Below are positions 11,901-23,449 of a stretch of 64,000 bases of DNA, piece by piece. How positions within the stretch are numbered: the stretch's first letter is position 1; each line of letters opens with the position of its first letter. The stretch covers positions 93,188,001 through 93,252,000 of the forward strand of contig NC_086097.1 in the NCBI RefSeq assembly GCF_963921235.1. Reading direction: 5' to 3'. The notes beneath the pieces are model-generated. The model had not been told where the DNA came from, did no database searches, and was given only the letters and a program-made list of their open reading frames with translations. A program made the translations under genes and the position numbers. Source of the stretch: Mobula hypostoma. Lineage: Eukaryota.

Positions 11901-14445
11901 TTTTCTTTAATTTGCCTTTTAGCTATAAAGGTCTTCAATTGATTAGCCAATAGTTTACCAGTTTTTTTCTCCATGTATATAGAATTGGCTTCTATCTTTT
12001 AAAAGTTGGCTTTCAATTGGATATATTATAAAAAGATCATATTTAGTTATAATTTCAATACGTCTTTTGTATAGTTCAAGGTCTGGTGCCAAAGCATATT
12101 TCTGGACTAATTGTTTTAATTGAATAACTAAGTCAGTTCTCTCTTTGTTAGCTTTTTTTCTTAATATATGCAGTATAGGAGATAATTTGTCCTCTAATAT
12201 ATGCCTTAAAGTCATCCCAAATGATAAGACTAGAAGTCCCTTCCAACGCATTTTCTTCAAAAAAAAAGAGTAATTTGATTCTCCAGAAATTTTAGAAAGT
12301 TCTTATCAGATAACAAAATTAAATTAAAATGCCAGGATCTGTTCATATGAGTAAAACCAGGAAGATTTAAAGATAGAAATACAGGAGAATGGTTGGATAC
12401 AGCTATTTCTTTATATTCAATGGATTGAACTAATGGAATCATTTGACTATCAATTAAAAAAAAATCAATCCTGGTATAGGAATGATGGACATGAGAGAAG
12501 AATGAATAGTCCCTTGCTGCTGAGTGAAAAAAAAATGCCAGACATCAACAATATCACATTTCGTTAGAAAGGGTTGAATAAATAAAGCTGATTTATTAGG
12601 TGTGGCTGATTTAAGAGAAGAACCATCTAATACTGGGTCTAGACAACAATTAAAATCTCCTCCTATCACTAAAGAATAAAGACTCAAATCTGGCAGGGAT
12701 GAAAAGAAATGCTCAAAAAATCCTGGGTCATCCACATTGGGGCCATACATATTAGCAAATACAATTAATTTATTAACTAGTTTCCCTGACACTATGACAA
12801 ATCACCCATTAGGGTCAGAGACAACTTTATGTTGAACAAAAGAAATTGTATTATGTATAAAAATCGAGACCGCCTCAAGATTTTGCTCTGAATAAAGAAT
12901 GAAATTTTAGACCCCTCCACCGATTAAAAAGGCGTGCATTGTCACAACTACGTACATGCATTTCTTGTAGAAAAATAATGGGGGCCCTTAACTTTTTAAT
13001 ATAAGCAAAAATCTTATTCTGTTTCACAGGATGATTTAACCCTTTCACATTAAAACTAAGTAAATTAATATTTCGATCCATTGTAAATACTAATTAACAG
13101 AAAAGTTAAAAGATCTGACCATAAATTATTAGAACCTGAGAGCGAACCATAAAATAAGGTACTCAAACAGAAAATTTGGATGGTAGCCAACCCAGCTTCC
13201 AGAGAAAAAATAAAAAAGAGATCCCATTCACCTCCCCCTCCCAAAGCCAAAAAGCTGGCCAAAGAACAGTCAGCATGCTAAACCCTAAAGACAACCCTCC
13301 CAAAGAAATCCTGCTGGCAAAACTCAAATCATTCAAGGTTATTATGTTCCTACCAAGACATAACATCCAAAACATAAGAGGATTCATTTAAACTATTTCA
13401 AAAAAAATAGAAAAAACTCAGAAAAAATAAAGTAATAAAAAATATCAAAGAAAATATCAAAAAACAAGATATATAAATGGTCAAAAAGTAAGTTTATTAA
13501 AACCTTATTCTATCCAACATTAAAAAGATAATTGCTCTTGTAAGAGATATAACACAATTATTCTTCTGCTTTCAAAAACTTCTGTGCGTGTTCAACTGAT
13601 CCTGGCCATTTCTGCACACCATTTTTCTGAACGATTCTAAGACATGCGTCGAAGCGAAGGGAGGGCTTAAACCCTTTGTTATAAAGCAGTGACATGACCT
13701 CTTTATACTTGGCATGTTCAACCATAACCTCTGGTGTATAATCTTCCATGAATCTGATCATCTTCCCGTTGTAATCGATCATTCCTACTCGACAGGTATG
13801 ACGGATTAAAAGCTCCTTAGTATGAAATTCATGAAAACATAAAATAACCGACCTAGGTCACTCCCCCAACTTTGGTTTAGGGGCCAGTGACCGGTGGGCA
13901 CGGTCCAACTTAGGCACAGACAGCGATAAATCAGGGAATAGCCACTTCTGAAAGTTCGCAAAGAACTCTGTGGGGTGGGCACTTCCAATTGATTCTTCAA
14001 GACCCAGAATACGTAGATTGTTGCTTCTGTTTCTGCCTTCCAGGTTGGTAATCTTCTTTGTTAATTTTTCATTAGATAATGATAATTTTTTGCAGAGCTT
14101 ACTCATGTCTTCTAAGTCCGCTTCCAGTATCGACAAAGTTTCTTTATTCTCCTTGATTCGCTTTCTTCGATTAGAGTTTGTTGAATAGTGTCCAACTTGA
14201 CGTTAAGCTGTTGAAATTCCTCAGAGAGTTCTGTTCTTTGTTTTTTAAGGAAATCTCCAATTGATTCCAAAGTGGTTGGAGAATCATCTTTTTCTTTTGC
14301 AGAGGCTTAGTCTTTCTCATAGACATAATAGAGCAATATTGAGATTTATAATAAGGTTTCAAAAAACTGGTAGGAAACAGAAAGATAGATAAGGTAGGAG
14401 CAAGTTCAAAAAGATGTTACCTATCGACTGCCAGCAGGGCTCTCA
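8985..14445 (-). mobile_element. Essentially full-length but disrupted L1-clade LINE
   Basis: ORF1 remnants at ~13558-14330 (LEGRNRSNNLRILGLEE, LDRAHRSL); inter-ORF spacer; ORF2 from 13081 with APE (SFNVKGLN, FLQEMH, GGDFNC), RT (KSPGPD, YRPISLLNVDAKIL, SLYAVD) and C-terminal CDRC...HMFWSC; A-rich tail at ~8985-9015. Confidence 0.93.
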
Positions 14446-14455
14446 GGGATGAAAA

Positions 14456-17018
14456 TTGACCACTGAGTCGTTCAACTTTGGGGACTCCCCAGTTCCTGTG
14501 GATTGGAAGAGGAGGTTGGTAGAGAAGATGTTGAAGCTGGAAGGTGTCTTTTCCACTGACGAATTTGATGTGGGTTGTTCCAAGAGCACTTATCACACTA
14601 TCCGGGTGACCAAGGACACCCCGTTCAGAGAGAGGTCGTGGCGACTGGCCCCTGCAGACGTGGAAGACGTTCGGCAGCATTTGTGTAAATTGAAGGAAGC
14701 TGGGATCATTACCAAGTCCCGAAACCCCTATGCATCCTCAGTAGTAGTGGCCAGAAAGAAGAATGGGAAGGTATGAATGTGTGTGGACTATAGGACTCTG
14801 AACAGGCTCACCATCCCTGACCAGTATCTGGTCCTGAGGATTGAAGACGTGCTGGCCTGACTGAGTGGTGCAAAGTGGTTCAATGTGCTGGACTTGAGTG
14901 GATATTACCAGATCCCCATGAGTGAGGCCAAAAAAAAGAAGATGGCATTTATACATCCCCTGGGATTCTTCCAGTTTGAAAGGATGCCCCAGGGCATATT
15001 GGGAGCCCCTGCAACCTTTCAGCTGGTCATGGAGAAGACAGTGGGGGATATGAGCTTGCCTGAGGTATTGGTGTATCTAGATGACCTCATAGTGTTTGGA
15101 TCCACCTTGGAGGAACATGAAGCTAGGCTACTGAAGGTGTTCGGTCGCCTGAAAGCTGAAGGGTTAAAACTTTCCCTGGACAAGTACCATAGTCTCACGG
15201 GGTGGAGTAGCTACGGTGATCAGATGGCCAAGTCCCCTGACTGTGAGCACTCTGCGCTCGTTCCTTGGATTCTGTGGTTACTATCAGAGGTTCGTGAGGG
15301 GCTACGCAAAAGTGAGTCACCCATTGAATCAGCTTCTGTGCGGTTACCCTCCATTGGGGAGAAAAGGACAGGAGGGTGGAGAGTTTCTTAGCCCATCGGA
15401 GCCCTTTGGACCAAGGTGGGATACAAAATGTGAAGAGGCCTTTCAGTCGCTGAAGGATCTGTTGACCCAGGAGTCGGTGCTGGCTTTTGTGGACCCCCAA
15501 TTGCCGTATGTACTGCACACAGATGCCAGCCAAGAAGGCTTGAGGGGCTTCCTGTATCAGGATCAGGGTTGAGGCCCGTTGCATTTGTCAGCCGGGGTCT
15601 GTCACCTCCAATAAAAACTATCCCATGCACAAGTTGGAATTCCTGGTGTTGAAATGGGCTGTGGTGGATAAGCTGAGTGACTACCTCTACAGGTCCAAGT
15701 TTGAGGTGAGGACGGACAACAACCCCCTATATACTGACTATATACAACAACCTATATACTGACCTAGGCGAAACTGGATGCCACAGGCCATCGGCGGTCA
15801 GCTTTGTTGTCTGCCTATGATTTCGGCCTGAGGTATCGGTCAGGAAGCCGGGACAATGATACTGATGCTTTGTCCCAACAGGTGCATGAAGAACTGGACA
15901 GGGATGAAGAATCAGAGAGTGAAGGCCGTATGTCAGTTTGCCATCACCGTGAGGGCAGAGGGAAAGGAGGGACAGGATCGAGTGGTGGATCAGTTGGGAG
16001 CTTATGATGACGCCATTCCCCAAGTTTACTGTAACCTGACTGCTCTGAAGACAGATCAGCTGCCGGAATTGAGTTCTGGGGAAGTGGCGGCTGCCCAGCG
16101 AGATGATCCAGGCATTGGTACCATTTGGTCAGCCGTTGAAAAGGGAAACATGGCTCAGGTGGAGAAGGCGAAACACACGTGGGTGCCCCCATTACTGAGA
16201 GAATGGCCTCGGTTGAAGTTGAGGAACCAGATATTATACCGAGTCACATCACCCCCAGACTGACCTTGGCGGCGCCAGCTGGTTCTGCGGGAGAAGTATC
16301 GGAGGATTATGTTGAAGTCACTTCATGACGATTCTGGACATTTGGGGATGGAAAAAACTGATGGAGAGACCGGTTTTACTGGCCCCGAATGAAGTCAGAG
16401 GTCGAAGGATACTACAAGTCATGCATTTGATGCATACAGTGGAAGACGCTGCCTACACGGGCAGCTCCCTTGTCCCCGTTGCAGAGTGCGGGGCCTCTGG
16501 ACCTGGTGTGTATGGATTTCCTGTCAGTAGAACCCGATGCCAGCAACACGGCGAATGTCTTAGTCATCACGGACCACTACACCAGATATGCTCATGCTTT
16601 TCCCACCAAGGACCAGAGGGCATCCACAGTGGTCAAAGTATTGTGGGAGAAGTATTTCATTTATTATGGCCTTCCCAGGCGGGTACATAATGATCAGAGA
16701 CGAGATTTTGAGAGCAGGCTCATCCATGAGTTACTGGGCATGTTTGGGGTTGAAAAGTCGAAGACCACGCCCTATCACTTGCAGGGCAATCCCCAGCTGA
16801 AGAGGTTTAACCAGACCTTGCTAGACATGCTCAGGACCCTGGAGATCAGCAAGAAGAGCAGGTGGAGTCAACAGATTGGATATCAGGTTCACGGTTACAA
16901 CTGTACTCGAAATGAAGCTACTGGGTACTCGCCATACTATCTGATGTTTGGGCGCGAGGCGAGGTCGCCCATTGACCTTTGTTTTGGGACTGACGAGGGT
17001 GACTTACTACTGAAGACT
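14456..17018 (+). pseudogene. Gypsy element 1 pol remnant (RT, RNase H, integrase core)
   Basis: LDLSGYYQIPM, FERMPQG, VYLDDL, LHTDAS, LVCMDF, TDHYTRYA, VHNDQ; multiple frameshifts. The integrase C-terminus resumes at 18497. Confidence 0.9.
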
Positions 17019-18485
17019 TCCTGCACGCATGCAGAGCTCATTGACTTTATTAACTTTGCCTCCAACTTTCACCCTGCCCTCAAGTTTACCTGGTCCATTT
17101 CCGACACCTCCCTCCCCTTTCTAGATCTTTCTGTCTCTGTCTCTGGAGACAGCTTATCCACTGATGTCTACTATAAGCCTACTGACTCTCACAGCTATCT
17201 GGACTATTCCTCTTCTCACTCTGGCTCTTGTAAAAACGCCATCCCCTTCTCGCAATTCCTCCGTCTCCGCCGCATCTGCTCTCAGGATGAGGCTTTTCAT
17301 TCTAGGACGAGGGAGATGTCTTCCTTTTTTAAAGAAAGGGGCTTCCCTTCCTCCACTATCAACTCTGCCCTTAAACGCATCTCCCCCATTTCACGTACAT
17401 CTGCTCTCACTCCATCCTCCCACTACCCCACTAGGAATAGGGTTCCCCTGGTCCTCACCTACCACCCCACCAGCCTCCGGGTCCAACATATTATTCTCCG
17501 TAATTTCCACCACCTCCAACGGGATCCCACCACTAAGCACATCTTTCCCTCCCCCCTCTCTCTGCATTCCGCAGGGATCGCTCCCTACGCGACTCCCTTG
17601 TCCATTCACCCCCCCCATCCCTCCCCACTGATCTCCCTCCTGGCACTTATCTGTGTAAGCGGAGCAAGTGCTACACATGCCCTTACACTTCCTCCCTTAC
17701 CACCATTCAGGGCCCCAAACAGTCCTTCCAGGTGAGGCAACACTTCACCTGTGAGTCGGCTGGGGTGATATACTGCGTCCGGTGCTCCCGATGTGGCCTT
17801 TTATATATTGGCGAAACCTGACGCAGACTGGGAGACCGCTTTGCTGAACACCTACACTCTGTCCGCCAGAGAAAGCAGGATCTCCCAGTGGCCACACATT
17901 TTAATTCCACATCCCATTCCCGTTCTGATATGTCTATCCACAGCCTCCTCTACTGTAAAGATGAAGCCACACTCAGGTTGGAGGAACAACACCTTATATT
18001 CCGTCTGGGTAGCCTCCAACCTGATGGCATGAACATCGACTTCTCTAACTTCCGCTAATGCCCCACCTCCCCTTCGTACCCCATCTGTTATTTATTTTTA
18101 TACACACATTCTTTCTCTCAATCTTCTTTTTCTCCCTATGTCCCTCTGAATATACCCCTTGCCCATCCTCTGGGTCACACCGCTCCTTGTCTTTCTTCCC
18201 GGACCTCCTGTCCCATGATCCTCTCGTATCCCTTTTGCCTATCACCTGTCCAGCTCTTGGCTCCATCTCTCCCCCTCCTGTCTTCTCCTATCATTTTGGA
18301 TCTCCCCCTCCCCCTCCAACTTTCAAATCCCTTACTCACTCTTCCTTCAGTTAGTCCTGACGAAGGGTCTCGGCCTGAAACGTCGACTGCACCTCTTCCT
18401 AGAGATGCTGCCTGGCCTGCTGCGTTCACCAGCAACTTTGATGTGTGTTGCTTGAATTTCCAGCATCTGCAGAATTCCTGTTGTT
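17019..18485 (+). mobile_element. 5'-truncated Penelope-like element (RT C-terminus, GIY-YIG endonuclease, terminal repeat)
   Basis: LKFTWSISDTSLPFLDL, VYYKPTDSHSYL, GVIYCVRCSRCGLLYIGET; 11-bp TSD TACTGAAGACT at 17008-17018 and 18486-18496. Confidence 0.92.
18353..18388 (+). ncRNA. Minimal type I hammerhead ribozyme motif in Penelope terminal repeat
   Basis: AGUC-CUGACGA-AGGGUCUCGGCCU-GAAA-C-GUC-GACU: both core boxes, stem I AGUC/GACU, stem II AGG/CCU, palindromic ACGU stem III, GUC cleavage triplet. Confidence 0.8.
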
Positions 18486-19378
18486 TACTGAAGACTAATC
18501 TGAGGTCACAGCTGCCAGGCAGAATCAAGGAAATAAGAGGAGGTATGGTCAAAAGGTGAGGTTCTCCCAACTCCTGCTGGAAGACCGGGTCCTCGTAAGG
18601 AATTTGGGGCTACCTGGGAAACACAAGTTGGCGGACCGCTGGGCAGCTAAGCCCTATGTGGTGGAAAGTCAAATGCCAAACCTACCAGTTTTCTGGGTGA
18701 AACCAGAGGAGGGGAATGGGCCTGTAAAGATTCTCCATCGGAACCACCTGCTGCCACTGGGTCAAGAGATGCAGGTAGACCCAAAGCCCGACTAGGAGCC
18801 CACATCGCGTAAGAGGATTCTGCGGAAACATGGGGCGACTGCAGGGCCTACAGCAGGAGAGGTTAGACCGGCCCCCCAACCCTGAGAGGGATACTGATTC
18901 AGAGAATGATAGCCTGGATGTGTGGTATATGCTGCCTTTTGCTAACTCCCTGTTGTTTGAGGAAGAGACTCCCAGCCCTTCTCCCACTGAGTCAGGTGAA
19001 GTGGGGGGGGGCGCTATCTGTGGGTAGCCTGGGTTGCAACAGGACCCTGCAGGAGATGAAGCAGGTCTTGGCCAAGGGACAAAGGGGTCAGAGTTTCAGG
19101 TGGGCACGAGTGATAGATTGGGGGAAGACTCACCAGGTAACTGGAAGTACCCCCAGTAGTGTCTGAACCTAGGTGAGGGGGAATGGAGGTTTCAGAGAAT
19201 TAGGAGACCCCCGGACAGACTGGGCTATGTGGCACCGGGGGAAAAGAGTGTGACCCCTATTGCGTTGGGGAGCTATGTCACTGCCTTGTGCACCTGGATT
19301 GGACTTTGTGTTTTGCAGGAAAGGTTGGCGAATTATCTCAACATCATGAGGACGTGACTAAATTTGGAGGGGGGAGAG

Positions 19379-20500
19379 TGTAACGCACTGTAAGGTTCAC
19401 TGGTAATGTAATGGCCTCTCTGTAATGTTTCACTGCTAAGGTAATGGTTTCTCTGTTGCAGCAATGTTTGGGTTATGCAGATATCCCACCTCTCCCGGAA
19501 GTTCCGGGAGCCTCCCACATATTAATAGTGGCTCCCTGATGCCCGCAAATTATATACAATGTCCCGGAAATCATTTTTTTTGAGGTAGCGAGCGAGAGAG
19601 AGACCGCGAGAGCGAGAGAGCACGCGCGCAAGAGAGAGACTGAGCGCAAGAGCGACCACGAGAGGGAGAGAGAGAGAGAGGCGAGCGAGCGAGCATGCGC
19701 GTCATGGCAGAGTGTTCCAAAAAAAGAAAATATAAAACGTACGTCACCCCAGACTACACTAAAGTGTACCCCTGCCTAATAGGGGTCAAAAATAATGACA
19801 GTGTTGCTCGCTGCACTGTTTGCAACAGTGACTTTTCTATTGCCCATGGTGGGTTAAGACTGTAAAAGACATGTTGAGGTGAGTTTAACAGGTGTCATTC
19901 GTTCATTAGCATAGCTAACGTTATTTAAACTAGCTGGCTAGCTGCTAAGGAGCTACTCTATTGCAGACATCCCACCTCTCCCGGAAGTTCCGGAAGTCTC
20001 CCACAAATTGATGGTGCTACCTCCCTGAGATGAGTTTTTGCAGGGTGGGATGTCTGGGTTATGATTAGAGATAACAGTGGCTTTGGGATATATGCTAGGC
20101 AATGAGAAGCATGTTGCTCTTTCTTGTGGGTCTGGGAGCAGGGATTTGGCGGTCTTTTGTTGGCGAGAGGTGACGAGATGAGACGCGATTGGAAAGAGTT
20201 GGTAGACCGCTGGATGGGGTGGACTCGGAGCGAGGGTCCGACAGTCAGCGACGCTCGGTGGAGGTCGAGGGGGGTTGAACAGATGATTCCGTGAGCTCCA
20301 ACGTGCACTTTAGACTGTTTCATTAAAATGGGCCCTTTTTCTTTTTATTTTCTTTACTAACCCTACAGTCAGATTAAGTTCAATCGTTTAATTGCATATT
20401 TTATGGTTCAGATTTGTAACCGGGCAACACATCACACAGCATCCACACAAACGAGATTTTACTCTAGACAAACGCGTGCTGGCCGAACCTCGGGGCTACA
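19379..20500 (+). repeat. 3' LTR of Gypsy element 1 (interrupted by a MITE)
   Basis: Starts TGTAAC after the PPT and ends GGCTACA before the TSD; aligns with 7513-8061. Confidence 0.9.
19478..20056 (+). mobile_element. Non-autonomous hAT-like DNA transposon (MITE)
   Basis: TIR CAGAYATCCCACC; TSD GGTTATG (19471-77, 20057-63; 8 bp if the adjacent G is counted); absent from the 5' LTR; internal zinc-finger-like remnant at 19704-19878. Confidence 0.85.
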
Positions 20501-21520
20501 CTTGTGACTGTATGGCAGAGCACAGCTCCAATGCGATATTTAAGTTTGCAGACAGCACCACTGTTGTTGGCTGAATCAAAGGTGGTGATGAATCAACATA
20601 CAGGAGGGAGATTGAAACTCTGGGTGAGTGGTGCCACAACAACAACCTCTCACTCAATGTCAGCATGATCAGGGAGCTGATTATTGACCAGGAGAAGAGG
20701 AAACTAGAAGTCCATGAGCCAGTCCTCATCTATCAGAGATAGAGAGGATCAGCAGCTTTAAATTTCTCATTTCAGAGGACCCGCCCCGAGCCCAGCACTT
20801 ATGTGCAATTTACAAAGAAAGCACGACAGCTCCTCTACTTCCTTAGGAGTTTGTGGAGATTTAGCATGACACCTAAAACTTTGACTAACTTTTTTTGGTG
20901 TGTGGTTGAGAGTATATTGACTAACTACATCACAGTCTGGCATGGAAACCTATAAAAGTAACTGATACGGCCCAGTCCATCACAAGTAAAGCCCACCCCA
21001 CCATTGACCACATCTACATGAAACACTGTTGCAGGAAAGCAGCATCCATCATCAGAACCCCTGCTACCCAGGACATGCTCTCTTCTCACTGCTGCCATCA
21101 GGAAGAAGGTACAGGAGCTTCAGGACTCACACCAGCAGGTTCAGAAACAGTTATTACCCCTCAACCATCAGCATATTGGACCAGAGGGTGTAACTTCACT
21201 CACTTCACTTGCCCCGTCACTGAAATGTTCCCACAACCTATGGACTCACTTTCAAGGACTATTCATCTCATGTTCTCAATATTTGTTGTTTATTTTTTTT
21301 ATTATTAATATTTCTTTGTTCATCTTTCTTTGTGTATTTGCAGTTTGTTGTCTTTTGCACATTGGTTACTCATCTGCCCTGTTGGTGCAGTCAGTCTTTA
21401 ATTGATTCTGTTATGGTTATTGAATTTATTGGGTATGCCAGCAAAAAAATGAATTTCAGGGTTGTAAATTTTGACGTATATGTACCTTGATAATAAATTT
21501 ACTTTGAACTTTGAACTTTT
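20501..21520 (+). mobile_element. Rex1/Babar LINE, right part with 3' tail
   Basis: KFADSTTVVG and LYFLRSL motifs; ends aataaatttac(tttgaac)n. Confidence 0.8.
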
Positions 21521-23449
21521 GAAGTTGGTGATACCACAAAAATCACCAAACACCAAGTATTTCTGAAGGATCAAATATAGCAAAGCATTCAGATGCTGCG
21601 CTTACCTATAAGCAACTATGTTAACAAAAATTACGATTTTGGGGGAAAAAAAGTGACAAAGAGACAAGCATTTGAAAAGCTCAGAATGGATCAATGTTTA
21701 TTGAAATGGCTGGCATCTGTTCCACTCAGTGTAAGTGAGTGGTGAATCACAGGTCTTTTAGAAAATGCCTCTCTTTTGCGATGGGACTTTGTGCTTTGTG
21801 AGACTTCCAGCATCAGAGGACGTTGAGCCAGAGAACAACAAGTGGGTAGCTCAGACAACATTATAGCTCTGAGGTTCCTCCTCCACATATACTGCCTGAC
21901 CTATGAGCTTTTTCATTGTGATCTCAGATTCCTGGCCAAGGTTGTTTATGTCTGATTTTCTGTGGCAGATCCCATGAGCTCAGTGACTGGTAACCATTGA
22001 AGCAGCCATTTTCTCTATTGTTGCAATGTCAGCAGCTGTGCATAGCAAGATCCCACAACAGCAATTACCAAGAAGCACCACCTAATGAGAGAGAAATAGA
22101 CCTAATGTTTCTTGTCAAAGACCCTCACTCAAAAGCTGACTTCAGTTTTGATCTGCTGCCTGATCTGCTGAGCGTTCCCAGCATTATCTGTTTTTATTTC
22201 AGAATTCCTTCATCTGCAGTATTTTATTCTTTGTCCGCTGACAGATAAGTATTTTTAGATTCCGGGGATATTTACCCTGTCTTCTTCAAAATGAGCTGCG
22301 CTGGAATCTTTGGTGGGCAGGGACAGGTGAGGCCCCACTCCATGCCTCATCCTCCAGCAACAGTCTGCTCCATCCACACCGCGCTTAAGGGGAACTTGTT
22401 TCTGCATGCCCGTTGGCTCAGGAGCAACCAAGCCCTCTTTCTGAAACACGACCAAGCACAGAGCCTGCTTGCCAGCAAGGCATTCAACAATCTCTTTGTG
22501 CTCCCTCATCAGTGTTGCTTGTTCTTGATCAATGATTTGGACGTAGCCAAGAACAATTGTTGAATTCCACCTGGAGAACCTCCCCCGTCAGTCTAGCCAC
22601 TTAAATAATCCTGAATTGATTGAGCAAACAATCAGCAATCTAACAAGGGCATATCTAAATTGCTTTCTTCTCTTTTTCTCTCTCTGTCTTGTTTTCCTCT
22701 TTTTTTCTTCCATTTTATTCCAACTAGCATCCTGGACGTGCGGCTGAATTACAGGTAATGTCTCTGAATTCGGTGTTAGATTCGCCTCTCTCTCTTGCTG
22801 CACAGTTTGCTTTGGGGGAAGTGCTGGAGCCTGGGTTGTTTGGCTCACCTCATGGAAAGTTGTCACCTCCTCACTGGGTTTTGTCACAGATAGCCACCAT
22901 CCTCACAAGCAACACAGGGAGGGACGGCGAGGGTAAGCTCCTTGTTGAGCCGAGCCAGAATGAGGCCATCAGTAATATTTAATGTCATCAGAGAGTGAGC
23001 GCTTGAAATTCATTTCTGTAGCACAGCTCGTGCCGAGCAAGGCACTGCAGGAATTCAATCTAAAACCTATTTGCTAAACATACTCAGATCCTTTGAGCTG
23101 TGTTGCTGATGAACTTGTCTAGCTGTCCCACTGCAGTTGGCACACTCTTGCAGAGGCAGCAGGATGTACACGGTGACATGATGTGTGTTTTGGAGTCGGG
23201 CACAGAATTCACTAGCATGGCTGAGGCCTGCAAATGATACGAGGCACTCTCACTGAAGCAGGCATAGAGCAGAGTGACAGCCAAGCTGACTTCTGCTTTA
23301 GTTGAAGGCAGGAGTGGCCTCTGACATGTCTTCCTTCTTCCTCAACTGTGTCCTTGCAACTATTATAGTTTTCCAGAGTCCTTGTGCACATCTCATCCAC
23401 ATTTTCCCCACACCTCTACTCTCACCCCTTTTCCTCCTGAGCTAAAGGA

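Larger units (their letters stand above)
7513..20500 (+). mobile_element. Gypsy/Ty3 LTR retrotransposon with PNMA-type gag, decayed, with three nested insertions
   Basis: TG...CA LTR pair; 4-bp TSD CTTG (7509-7512, 20501-20504); PPT ggaggggggagag at 19366-19378; gag, RT, RNase H and integrase remnants in Gypsy order. Confidence 0.93.

Noticed and set aside
23212..23400. Myosin tail-like peptide (EMCTRTLE)
   Set aside because: Only a few residues resemble myosin; no heptad pattern or further exons.
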